Below the pieces are notes generated by a model. It did not search any database, was not told where the DNA came from, and worked only from the letters and a program-made list of their open reading frames with translations. This document shows, in pieces, positions 25,092-33,717 of a stretch of DNA of 64,000 bases. The DNA comes from Bacteroidetes bacterium CG2_30_33_31 (GTDB lineage Bacteria; Bacteroidota; Bacteroidia; Bacteroidales; UBA1556): the NCBI GenBank assembly GCA_001872625.1, contig MNXP01000049.1:36142-100141 (forward strand). Reading direction: 5' to 3'. Position 1 is the first letter of the stretch, and each line of letters starts with the position of its first letter. Made by a program: the position numbers and the translations under genes.

Positions 25092-26267
25092 TTAAATGCC
25101 GTTATTATTCATTAGCGGTTTAACAAAAGTTTCAACACATTTTCGAGTGATTGTTTTTTCACAAAGTATTGAAAGTCTTTCTATTACATTGCGCAATTCT
25201 CTAATATTTCCAGTCCAAGGCATTTCCTTAAGTGCATCTATGGCATCTTGATTAAGAACTAATTTGGATTTCCCATTGTCTGTGGCAAAGCTTTGCAAAA
25301 AATATTGCGACAGCAATTCAATATCTTCTGGCCTGTCGCTAAGTGATGGCACATTAATTAAAATTACGCTCAGTCGGTGATATAAATCTTCGCGGAAATT
25401 TCCACGCTCAATTTCATCTTTTAGATTTTTATTAGTGGCGGCAATTACTCTTACATCAACTTTTATTTCTTTTTCGCCGCCGACACGCGTTATTTTATTT
25501 TCTTGAAGAGCGCGTAAGACTTTCGCTTGGGCCGAAAGGCTCATATCACCAATTTCATCGAGAAAAATTGTACCTCCATTAGCAAGTTCAAAATCACCTT
25601 TTCTTTGTTTAATAGCTGAAGTAAAAGAACCTTTTTCATGGCCAAATAATTCGCTTTCAATAAGTTCTGAAGGAATAGCTGCACAATTGACTTCTATCAA
25701 TGGAGCATGAGAGCGATTGCTTTTCTGATGTAACCAATGCGCTACAAGCTCTTTTCCTGTGCCATTTGCCCCAGTAATGAGCACTCGAGCATTCGTCGGA
25801 GCTACCTTTTCTATAATAGCTTCAATATCCTTCATTGCTTGCGAGTTACCAATCATTTCATATTTGTCGCTAACTTTCTTTTTCAAAACTTTTGTCTCTG
25901 TAAGCAATCTTGATTTATCGAGTGCATTTCTGACGGTTATTAATAGTCTATTTAAGTCTAAAGGTTTTGTAATAAAATCGAATGCTCCAAGCTTTATGCA
26001 TTCTACAGCGGTTTCAATATTTCCGTGACCAGAAATCATAACTATAGGACAATCAGATATTTCAAATGATTTCTGCAATACTTCTATACCGTCCATGCGT
26101 GGCATTTTAATATCACAAAGTATCAAATCAAATGTATCTTTCAACATCATATCAAGCCCTTCTGCTCCTTCGGCAGCACTGCTAACTTTGTATTTTTCAT
26201 ACTCTAATATTTCCGATAGTGTGCGGCGTATAGGAGCTTCATCATCAATTATTAAAATCTTTGCCAT
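25092..26267 (-). CDS. sigma-54-dependent response regulator (NtrC family: REC plus AAA+) lacking a C-terminal HTH domain
   Basis: REC: KILIIDDE...LILCDIKMP...VMISGHG..FDFITKP. AAA+: Walker A GANGTGKE, sigma-54 contact loop GHEKGSFTSA, Walker B IFLDEIGD, GNIRELRNVIERL. The protein ends 28 aa after that last motif. I prefer the start at ATG 26267 (MAKILIIDD) because a -7 box lies inside the longer ORF. Confidence 0.85.
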   Translation of the reverse strand: MAKILIIDDEAPIRRTLSEILEYEKYKVSSAAEGAEGLDMMLKDTFDLILCDIKMPRMDGIEVLQKSFEISDCPIVMISGHGNIETAVECIKLGAFDFITKPLDLNRLLITVRNALDKSRLLTETKVLKKKVSDKYEMIGNSQAMKDIEAIIEKVAPTNARVLITGANGTGKELVAHWLHQKSNRSHAPLIEVNCAAIPSELIESELFGHEKGSFTSAIKQRKGDFELANGGTIFLDEIGDMSLSAQAKVLRALQENKITRVGGEKEIKVDVRVIAATNKNLKDEIERGNFREDLYHRLSVILINVPSLSDRPEDIELLSQYFLQSFATDNGKSKLVLNQDAIDALKEMPWTGNIRELRNVIERLSILCEKTITRKCVETFVKPLMNNNGI

Positions 26268-26289
26268 AAAAATATTTTCTAAACTTGTG

Positions 26290-26297
26290 CAAATATA
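26290..26297 (-). promoter_or_regulatory. -7 promoter box (TATATTTG on the minus strand) for the sigma-54 activator gene
   Basis: Exact TAnnTTTG match, 22 nt upstream of ATG 26267 and inside the longer 26303 ORF extension. Confidence 0.45.
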
Positions 26298-26328
26298 GGC
26301 CATAAATACTTATCGAAAATTAGTAAAA

Positions 26329-26345
26329 AGGCATTTTATTAGCAT
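26329..26345 (+). promoter_or_regulatory. candidate sigma-54 (-24/-12) promoter AGGCAT-TTTAT-TAGCAT
   Basis: GG (26330-26331) and GC (26342-26343) have the canonical spacing of TGGCAC-N5-TTGCA. GGCA and GCA are retained. It sits about 100 nt upstream of the 26448 ORF and is divergent from the activator gene. Confidence 0.35.
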
Positions 26346-26432
26346 GAATTTTTTTTGGGTTTCAAAATTTATACAACAATTAATTGTTGAAAAGTTTGAA
26401 TAAAATTCATAAGTCGGCAAGCTCGTGTGTAC

Positions 26433-26440
26433 TAATTTTG
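26433..26440 (+). promoter_or_regulatory. -7 promoter box TAATTTTG
   Basis: Exact TAnnTTTG match, 7 nt upstream of ATG 26448. Confidence 0.4.
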
Positions 26441-26447
26441 AAAACTT

Positions 26448-28160
26448 ATGAAAAGAATGCTACTTATATTATTTTTAGATTTTATTATCATTTTGAACGT
26501 TAATTCTCAAGAGTTTACAAAAGATGTAAAACCTGATCCAAAATTTGCAAAATATTGTTTGCTTTTCCATAATTATGTTGATGGTCTTAAAGAATTTAAA
26601 TTATTAATGTCAGATCAACCTGATAATGTGAGTTATAGACAAGGTGCCGCCGTTTGTTATTTGAATTTAAATACAGATAAGAAAAAGGCTATTGAGCTTT
26701 TGGAATGGGTTATAAAACAAGATAAGTTTGATGAGCAGGCATATTATGATTTAGGATTAGCATATTTTCAAAATAATAGGTTGGATGATGCTATAAAAAG
26801 TTTTAATAAATACATTTCTTCAGTAAAAAAGGATGTAAATAGAATACCAGCTCAGAGAATGATTGAGATGTGTAGAAACGCTCAAGAATACATAAAAACA
26901 CCTAAGAATGTGGATATTACAAATCTTGGAAAATTTATTAATACTGAATATCCTGAGTTCAATCCATTTATTCCTTCCAATGAATCAATGATCTTGTTCA
27001 ACGCTCAAAGGAAAAGTAATTTGGGAAATTATGCTTTTTATGATGGTTATTATCCTTCAGATATTTATGTTACTTTCTTTAAGAATGGAAAATGGAAAGC
27101 TGCTAAACATTTGAGTAGTACAGTCAATTCAATTAATATTGAAAAAATTGTCGGACTTACTAATAATGGTGGACAAATGTTTATCCTTAAAGAAGATTTA
27201 GATGGGAAAAAGCAGATATTTTATTCAAAAAAGGTAGGGAAATTTTATCGTCAACCTGAGCCTATTTTTATTCAAGAAGAAGATTACGAAAAAATTCATT
27301 CACTCACTATCAGCCCAGACAATAATTATTTAATATTTTCCGCAACACATAAAGGTGCTGTAGGAGGCAAAGATTTGTATCTAAGTTTCAGATTACCAAA
27401 TGGATATTGGAGCAAATCACATCTTATAGACTCAACAGTAAATACCATTTATGATGAAGACTTTCCTTATTTTTCTCCTGATGGCAAGACATTTTTCTTT
27501 GCATCAGAAGGGCATAAGAGCATGGGAGGTTACGACATTTTTAAGGGTAGATGGAATTCAGATTCTATACATATCAAATCAATAGAAAATATTGGGTACC
27601 CAATAAATACAGTACTTGACGACCAGACCATATCGCTTAGCAAATCAGGAAGATATGCTTATATTAGCTCATATCGTGAAAGTGGATTTGGCGATTTGGA
27701 TATATATCGTGTTATTTTTAATGATGCTGAGCCTAAATTTTCGGTTGTCCATGGCGCTATTTTGAGCGAAGATTCAGTTCGTTTTGAAAGTGTTTTAACC
27801 AAAGTAAATAATCACATTGACACTTTAAATTTTCCAATAAACAGAGAATATAAAAGGCTTTTGTTAAAGAAAAAAGATAGTATTGCTGCTTATGCAGAGC
27901 TTGCCAAGAAAATTCCTTATGAAAAAATTGATGTTAAAATTTTTGCAATCAATATTAAGACTGGCGAAAATTATGGAAATTTTTCCGCGCGAAATGATAC
28001 TTCAAATTATTGTGTAATCTTGCCTCCCGGAACTTGGAAGATAATTTTTCGTCGTAATGGTTATCAAGATTTTATAATAGATGATTTGGAGATTGAAGAA
28101 AGAGATCAAAGAAATAGAATGATTGAAAAGAATGTGCTTCTTAGCAGAAAAATGAATTAG
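26448..28160 (+). CDS. exported TPR plus PD40 (TolB-like) repeat protein with a C-terminal carboxypeptidase-regulatory-like region; paralogue of the N-terminal module of the giant protein
   Basis: 570 aa with a signal peptide. TPR: YYDLGLAYFQNNRLDDAIKSFNKY. PD40: FPYFSPDGKTFFFASEGHKSMGGYDIFKG, which parallels YPYVSPDGSSLYFSSKGHNSMGEYDIFKS in the 8577 ORF. Confidence 0.8.
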   Translation: MKRMLLILFLDFIIILNVNSQEFTKDVKPDPKFAKYCLLFHNYVDGLKEFKLLMSDQPDNVSYRQGAAVCYLNLNTDKKKAIELLEWVIKQDKFDEQAYYDLGLAYFQNNRLDDAIKSFNKYISSVKKDVNRIPAQRMIEMCRNAQEYIKTPKNVDITNLGKFINTEYPEFNPFIPSNESMILFNAQRKSNLGNYAFYDGYYPSDIYVTFFKNGKWKAAKHLSSTVNSINIEKIVGLTNNGGQMFILKEDLDGKKQIFYSKKVGKFYRQPEPIFIQEEDYEKIHSLTISPDNNYLIFSATHKGAVGGKDLYLSFRLPNGYWSKSHLIDSTVNTIYDEDFPYFSPDGKTFFFASEGHKSMGGYDIFKGRWNSDSIHIKSIENIGYPINTVLDDQTISLSKSGRYAYISSYRESGFGDLDIYRVIFNDAEPKFSVVHGAILSEDSVRFESVLTKVNNHIDTLNFPINREYKRLLLKKKDSIAAYAELAKKIPYEKIDVKIFAINIKTGENYGNFSARNDTSNYCVILPPGTWKIIFRRNGYQDFIIDDLEIEERDQRNRMIEKNVLLSRKMN

Positions 28161-28171
28161 AAATAATTAAT

Positions 28172-30256
28172 TTATTCCTGCGCCATCTTAGCTTTATTCT
28201 CCCATTCCTTGCCGCTCTTTAAGTCGTTCATTTTGTAATAAGTTAGGGCTATATTGCTGTATATCTGTTGTTTATTTGGATTTGACTTAGCTGATTCCTT
28301 AAAAAAATATAATGATTTTTTGAAATCTCCTCGAGTTCCATAAACTACTCCAAGATTTTCTAAAATTGTATAATCTGAAGGTTTTATCTCATAAGCTTTT
28401 ATAAGATAAATCTCTGAAATTCTAATATCTTTTTTGTAACGTCCATAGATTTCACCCAACTTATTATATGCTCCATGGTAGAGTGAATCATATTTAATAA
28501 TATCTCTAAGCAATTTTATTGCGGAGTCTATTTTATTGCTATATAGCATATTAGTGGCTTTAAGATACATTGTATTGCTAAAATCATAATTATGTTCTGA
28601 AAGAATATTAAGTGCATTGTTAGAAATTTTGTAGTCTTTCGCTTCCGCAGATTTGATTGCAAGATTTTTAAGATTTGATAGAACATCTTTATTATTTTTC
28701 GAAAATACAAGGCAATTTTGGTAACTTTGCAAGCATTCATCCCAAAGTTGCAATTCATAATTTACGTTTCCCAAAAGCATCCATGCTTGAAAGTAAGTAG
28801 GATGAATTTTTATACCTTGATACAAATATTTTTTTGCCTCTAAGAGCATATTATTTTTAGCTATACCACAATTCAAAATAGCTTTTTCATAAATCATTCC
28901 CCCAGCAGACACATTGCATTTTGCAGAATTAAATGATACTTTAACATCAGTTGTGAATAAAGTATAGTCATCTTTCCAAACGTTATTTCTACTAATAGTT
29001 TTAATCGAAAATGTTAATGCCATGATAGATAAAACTAATATAATCAGAGGTTTAGAATTCTTTTTAAATACCGAATTAAGGTCAACAAAAGCTTTTGCTA
29101 TGATTATAAAAATTCCTATATCGGCTAAAAAAATAAATCTCTCATTCATAAAAGCGCCAATATTAAAAAGCAAATTTGATGAGATTGAAAATATTATGAT
29201 AAAATATAAAAATCCAAAATAATAAACATTTGGATTTTCATTTTTTGTAAAAAACCTATATAAATGCCTTATGCATAAAATTGTTGTTAGCAAATAAATT
29301 ATGAAAGATAAAACAACCCATATATTTGTAAAGTTTACTATTTCAATAACATAAGGGTAATAATCGTGTGTGAGCGAAATTGGGAAAAGCAGTAGTTTGA
29401 TATAAATCGCCCAGGTATAAAAAATCGTTGCATATTTTTCGGTAGTAGATGAATTTAAAAATGGATTGTTAAGTAGCTCTTGCACAGCTATATCACTCGA
29501 AATTCCAATAGCTTGGAATCTTATATAAAAATATAATGAAAATGTTAATATCAATGCACCAAAAACATTTAGAAACTGCTTCAAATTAATTTTATTAAAT
29601 AGAATTAAAATCAATGGAATTAAAGCTATAAAAGTGATGCTTGTTTCTTTTGAAAGCATTCCAAGAAACAGTAAAGCAGAAGTAAAAAGTAAATTTGAGG
29701 CTCTTTTGGTTTCTATATATTTTATAGCAAAAAGGACACTCCACAATGAAAAAACTGCAGCAAAAAGAAGATCCATACTCTTTATATTTGCCACAACTTC
29801 AGTATTTAAAGGATGCACCACATAAAGTAAAGTTGCAATAAATGGAACATTTAGAATAGCTTCCTTATGAAAAGCAAATATTTTACTTAATAATTTGTAA
29901 ACCAGTAAAATACTGATTGCAAAAAGTAATATATTTAAAAGATGAAGCCCGAAAGCCTCGAGTCCAAATGCTGAAAAGTAAATATTAAAAACTGCTTGCG
30001 AAAACGGTCTGTATCTTCCACCTGGTAGCAGAGTTTTTCCTTCACCCAAAAAACCATCAAAAGCATCATGAGTAAATATTTTTTTAAGACCTTGGATGCC
30101 ACCTTTTGTATAATTATTTTTTGTTATCATCATGGTATCATCCAATGCAAAACCATTGTTTAAAGTATTGGAATACAAGATTATACCAAGAATAAATAGA
30201 AGAATTGGAATAAATATTTTATGAGATTCGAAGAAATTTTTACTTGATGTTTTCAT
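28172..30256 (-). CDS. TMTC-like membrane protein: N-terminal multi-pass GT-C-like domain fused to C-terminal TPR repeats
   Basis: 694 aa. The first loop reads NGFALDDTMMITKNNY....GGRYRPFSQ (DUF1736/PMT_2-like). About 11 TM helices, then about 230 aa of TPR-like repeats (AWMLLGNVNYELQLWDECLQSYQNCL..., AYNKLGEIYGR..., ILENLGVVYGTRGDFKKSLYFFKESAK...). Confidence 0.7.
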   Translation of the reverse strand: MKTSSKNFFESHKIFIPILLFILGIILYSNTLNNGFALDDTMMITKNNYTKGGIQGLKKIFTHDAFDGFLGEGKTLLPGGRYRPFSQAVFNIYFSAFGLEAFGLHLLNILLFAISILLVYKLLSKIFAFHKEAILNVPFIATLLYVVHPLNTEVVANIKSMDLLFAAVFSLWSVLFAIKYIETKRASNLLFTSALLFLGMLSKETSITFIALIPLILILFNKINLKQFLNVFGALILTFSLYFYIRFQAIGISSDIAVQELLNNPFLNSSTTEKYATIFYTWAIYIKLLLFPISLTHDYYPYVIEIVNFTNIWVVLSFIIYLLTTILCIRHLYRFFTKNENPNVYYFGFLYFIIIFSISSNLLFNIGAFMNERFIFLADIGIFIIIAKAFVDLNSVFKKNSKPLIILVLSIMALTFSIKTISRNNVWKDDYTLFTTDVKVSFNSAKCNVSAGGMIYEKAILNCGIAKNNMLLEAKKYLYQGIKIHPTYFQAWMLLGNVNYELQLWDECLQSYQNCLVFSKNNKDVLSNLKNLAIKSAEAKDYKISNNALNILSEHNYDFSNTMYLKATNMLYSNKIDSAIKLLRDIIKYDSLYHGAYNKLGEIYGRYKKDIRISEIYLIKAYEIKPSDYTILENLGVVYGTRGDFKKSLYFFKESAKSNPNKQQIYSNIALTYYKMNDLKSGKEWENKAKMAQE

Positions 30257-30258
30257 AA

Positions 30259-31476
30259 TTATTCAAAATCAGGATATAACAAATACTTTTTTCTAAGTTG
30301 TTTATATTTAGTGAGTTGATCTTGCCATAAGGCGCGAATTTCATCTTCTGTCCTTCCATCAATAATTTGCTGTTTCAACTTATCAGTACCAGCAAGTTTA
30401 TTAAAAAAACCAGTAAAAAAATCATTTGGCTTACCTAATTGATCATAAGAATCAATCAACCAAAATAGATAAAGTTTGCTATAATTTGGCAGAACATTAA
30501 GACCAAAATTTGTTACATCAAAACCTTTGCAAATTTTATTTTCATGCTTTGGATTAGCCGATTTTCCTGCAATAGATACTGGAATAAAAGAGGTATCAAA
30601 ATTTTTTAAATCTGGGTGGCCATAAATTTGAAAAGCCTTTTCTGTGCCACGACCAATAGAAATAGGTGTCCCTTCAAAAAGACAAAGGCTTGGATATAAA
30701 TATATTGATGCCATATTTGGGAGGTTTGGTGAAGGAGCAATGGGCAACTGATAAAGCATTTTATGACTATAATTTTTCACACTTATAACTGTCAGCTTGC
30801 ATTTTTCACCATTTTTTAACCAATTTTCGCCGTTAAGCATCAAGGCAAATTCGCCAACAGTAAGCCCATGAACTACTGGAATTGAATCCATTCCTACAAA
30901 TGATTTATAATTCGAATCGAGCATTGGTCCGTCAACATAAAATCCATTTGGATTAGGCCTATCAAGCACAATCAAATCTTTCTGGTTTTCGGCACAAGCT
31001 TCCATTAAATAATGTAAACTCGAAATATAAGTATAAAATCTTGCTCCAACATCCTGAATATCAAACACTACAATGTCAACATCAGAAAAATCTTCGGCAG
31101 TAGGTTTTTTGTGTGAGCCATAGAGAGAAATTATCGAAATACCTGTTTTTAAATCAATATTTGAATTTACTTCAGCTCCAGCTTCAGATTCACCTCTAAA
31201 ACCATGCTCTGGACTAAAAACTTTTGTAATATTAATGTCAAGAGATAAAAGGCTATCAACCAAATGAGTTCTACCAATTGTACCAGTCAAATTAGTCATG
31301 ATGGCAACTTTTTTATTTTCGAGTGATAAAAGGTAAAATTCAGTTCTGTCAGCACCAACTTTAATATCATTTGGAAATATTATTCGGTTTGAATATGAGA
31401 TGTCATCAACTTGTGCGATGGCTGTAACAGTCTGAAGACAAATGATTAAGGTAAAAGGAAATATCAATTTTCTCAT
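30259..31476 (-). CDS. DUF1343 family protein (exo-beta-N-acetylmuramidase NamZ-like)
   Basis: 405 aa with a signal peptide. Motifs: KKVAIMTNLTGTIG, FSPEHGFRGE..AG, VVFDIQDVGARFYTYISSL, LDRPNPNG. Confidence 0.6.
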   Translation of the reverse strand: MRKLIFPFTLIICLQTVTAIAQVDDISYSNRIIFPNDIKVGADRTEFYLLSLENKKVAIMTNLTGTIGRTHLVDSLLSLDINITKVFSPEHGFRGESEAGAEVNSNIDLKTGISIISLYGSHKKPTAEDFSDVDIVVFDIQDVGARFYTYISSLHYLMEACAENQKDLIVLDRPNPNGFYVDGPMLDSNYKSFVGMDSIPVVHGLTVGEFALMLNGENWLKNGEKCKLTVISVKNYSHKMLYQLPIAPSPNLPNMASIYLYPSLCLFEGTPISIGRGTEKAFQIYGHPDLKNFDTSFIPVSIAGKSANPKHENKICKGFDVTNFGLNVLPNYSKLYLFWLIDSYDQLGKPNDFFTGFFNKLAGTDKLKQQIIDGRTEDEIRALWQDQLTKYKQLRKKYLLYPDFE

Positions 31477-31666
31477 TAAAAAAATATAATTTTGGCTTTA
31501 AATTTATTAATCCGTAAAAGTAGAAAATTATTGTCACCTTAAAATCAGGTTTTTTTAAAATAAATTGTCATAAGATTTTATGCTGTTGAATATATAAATT
31601 AAACATAAATCTTTTTTGCCAGCATCAAAAAATCTTATAAAATTGTGAATCACTAATAAAAACTAA

Positions 31667-31674
31667 TACTTTTG
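31667..31674 (+). promoter_or_regulatory. -7 promoter box TACTTTTG
   Basis: Exact TAnnTTTG match, 16 nt upstream of ATG 31691. Confidence 0.5.
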
Positions 31675-31690
31675 CGGCATAACAAATTTT

Positions 31691-33121
31691 ATGAATTTAA
31701 AGGATAAATTACAAAATAAAATATTTTCTATTGTTGGTCAAACAGCTGATTTTCATGAGGTAGAGGTTTTCGTGATTGGAGGTTGGGTGCGTGATATTTT
31801 TCTCAATCGGGCAAGCGATGATATAGATTTTGCTGTGCATGGTTCTGGAATTGAGCTTGCAAAAAATGTTTCTAAGAAGTTTAAAGGTTCAAAATTCTCA
31901 TTCTTTAAAAACTTTGGCACCGCTATGGTCTCAGCTAAAATTGATGGGAAGGAATACAAATTGGAATTTGTTGGAACTCGCAAAGAATCCTACAGACGCA
32001 ATTCCAGAAAACCAATAGTAGAAGATGGTTCTATTGCCGATGACCAAAATAGGCGCGATTTCACAATAAATGCATTAGCAATTAATCTTAATAGTAATCA
32101 TTTTGGAGAGCTTATCGACCCATTTAATGGAATTAAAGACATTGAAAATAAGATAATTAGAACTCCTCTTGAGCCAGCGATTACATTTTCCGATGATCCT
32201 TTAAGAATGGTTAGAGCCATAAGATTTGCTTGCCAGCTTAACTTTGAAATTGAAGAAAATACTTTTGAGGCACTTAAGTCTCAAAACTCAAGAATTGAGA
32301 TAGTTAGCCAAGAAAGAATTACTGACGAGATAAATAAAATTTTGATGTCTAAAAAACCTTCTAAAGGATTTATTCTTTTAGAAAAATCAGGCATATTGAA
32401 AAAAATACTACCTGAATTGACAGAATTAAAAGGAGTTGAAACTATTGGAAAAGACTCCCATAAAGATAACTTTTACCATACTTTGCAAGTTGTCGATAAT
32501 ATCTCCGAACATACAGAAAATCTATGGCTTCGCTGGGCGGCTTTGCTTCACGACATTGCTAAACCCGCGACAAAAAAATACATAAAAAAGGTGGGCTGGA
32601 CTTTTCATGGTCATGAATTTTTCGGTGCTAAAATGGTACCTAAGATATTCCTGAAAATGAAACTACCCAGCCATGAAGAAATGCATTATGTAGAAAAATT
32701 AGTCAACCTTCATCTTCGACCTATTTCATTAGTAGAAGATAAGGTAACAGATTCAGCAGTAAGAAGATTGCTGTTTGAAGCTGGCAATGATATTGATGAT
32801 TTAATGACTCTTTGCCATGCAGATATTACCTCTAAAAATGAAAAAAAAGTAAATAAATTTCATAAAAATTTTGAGATTGTTAAACAGAAATTAATTGAAA
32901 TAGAAGAGCACGACAAACTTCGAAATTGGCAACCTCCAATAAGTGGTGAAATTATAATAGATACTTTTAATATTCGCCCTTCAAAAGAAGTTGGCGATAT
33001 TAAAAACCATATCCGCGAAGCTATTCTTGATGGAAAATTGGAAAATGATTTCAATAGTGCATATCAATTTATGTTGAAAATTGGAAATGAAATGGGATTG
33101 ATAGCTAAAAAAGAAAAATAA
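31691..33121 (+). CDS. cca: CCA-adding tRNA nucleotidyltransferase with HD domain
   Basis: 476 aa. The PolyA_pol head has VIGGWVRD..L.R...DIDF and RRDFTINAL. HD motif: HTLQVVD...LLHDIAKP. Both tRNA genes in the window lack an encoded CCA. Confidence 0.8.
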   Translation: MNLKDKLQNKIFSIVGQTADFHEVEVFVIGGWVRDIFLNRASDDIDFAVHGSGIELAKNVSKKFKGSKFSFFKNFGTAMVSAKIDGKEYKLEFVGTRKESYRRNSRKPIVEDGSIADDQNRRDFTINALAINLNSNHFGELIDPFNGIKDIENKIIRTPLEPAITFSDDPLRMVRAIRFACQLNFEIEENTFEALKSQNSRIEIVSQERITDEINKILMSKKPSKGFILLEKSGILKKILPELTELKGVETIGKDSHKDNFYHTLQVVDNISEHTENLWLRWAALLHDIAKPATKKYIKKVGWTFHGHEFFGAKMVPKIFLKMKLPSHEEMHYVEKLVNLHLRPISLVEDKVTDSAVRRLLFEAGNDIDDLMTLCHADITSKNEKKVNKFHKNFEIVKQKLIEIEEHDKLRNWQPPISGEIIIDTFNIRPSKEVGDIKNHIREAILDGKLENDFNSAYQFMLKIGNEMGLIAKKEK

Positions 33122-33615
33122 TGCATATTGGAATAATATCAGACACCCACGGAAGTTTAGAAAAAAAATTTAAAGATTTCTTTTTAGATTGTAATGAAAT
33201 TTGGCATTGTGGGGATTGGGGTGATATTAGCGTGGTCAACGAATTGAAAAAAATAGCTCCAGTGAGAGGAGTTTATGGAAACATTGATGGAATGGATATT
33301 CGACAGGAATTTCCAGAATATCAGGTATTTGTTAGCGGTGGTATGCGAGTTTTATTGATTCATATTGGCGGTTATCCTGGAAAATACGAGTCAAAAGTTA
33401 GACAGATAATTTATCAGCAACAGCCAAATATTTTTGCCTGTGGGCATAGCCATATTCTTAAAGTTATGCACGACCCAAAATACAATGTGCTTCATATAAA
33501 TCCTGGAGCTGCTGGCAACAGTGGTTTTCACAGAGTTAAAACTGCAATAAAATTTAATATCGATTCTGGCAATATTACTGATATGAAAATTATGGAAATC
33601 GACAGGAAGAAATAA
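33121..33615 (+). CDS. YfcE/MJ0936-type metallophosphoesterase
   Basis: 164 aa with motifs ISDTHG, HCGD, GNIDG and GHSH. The start overlaps the cca stop (TAATG). Confidence 0.75.
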   Translation: MHIGIISDTHGSLEKKFKDFFLDCNEIWHCGDWGDISVVNELKKIAPVRGVYGNIDGMDIRQEFPEYQVFVSGGMRVLLIHIGGYPGKYESKVRQIIYQQQPNIFACGHSHILKVMHDPKYNVLHINPGAAGNSGFHRVKTAIKFNIDSGNITDMKIMEIDRKK

Positions 33616-33674
33616 TGCCAGAATATTAACTGTATATCTTTCAAAATTATTTTAGTGAAATTAAAATTTTAATA

Positions 33675-33682
33675 TACATTTG
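33675..33682 (+). promoter_or_regulatory. -7 promoter box TACATTTG
   Basis: Exact TAnnTTTG match, 35 nt upstream of ATG 33718. Confidence 0.45.
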
Positions 33683-33717
33683 GCTATCTTTTAAATTATT
33701 CATCAAATATTTATATC

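Noticed and set aside
25092-26303. The longer N-terminal extension of the sigma-54 activator (MAYICTSLENIF...).
   Set aside because: The receiver domain begins at MAKILIIDD (ATG 26267). A perfect -7 promoter box (26290..26297) lies inside the extension, so the extension is probably untranslated.
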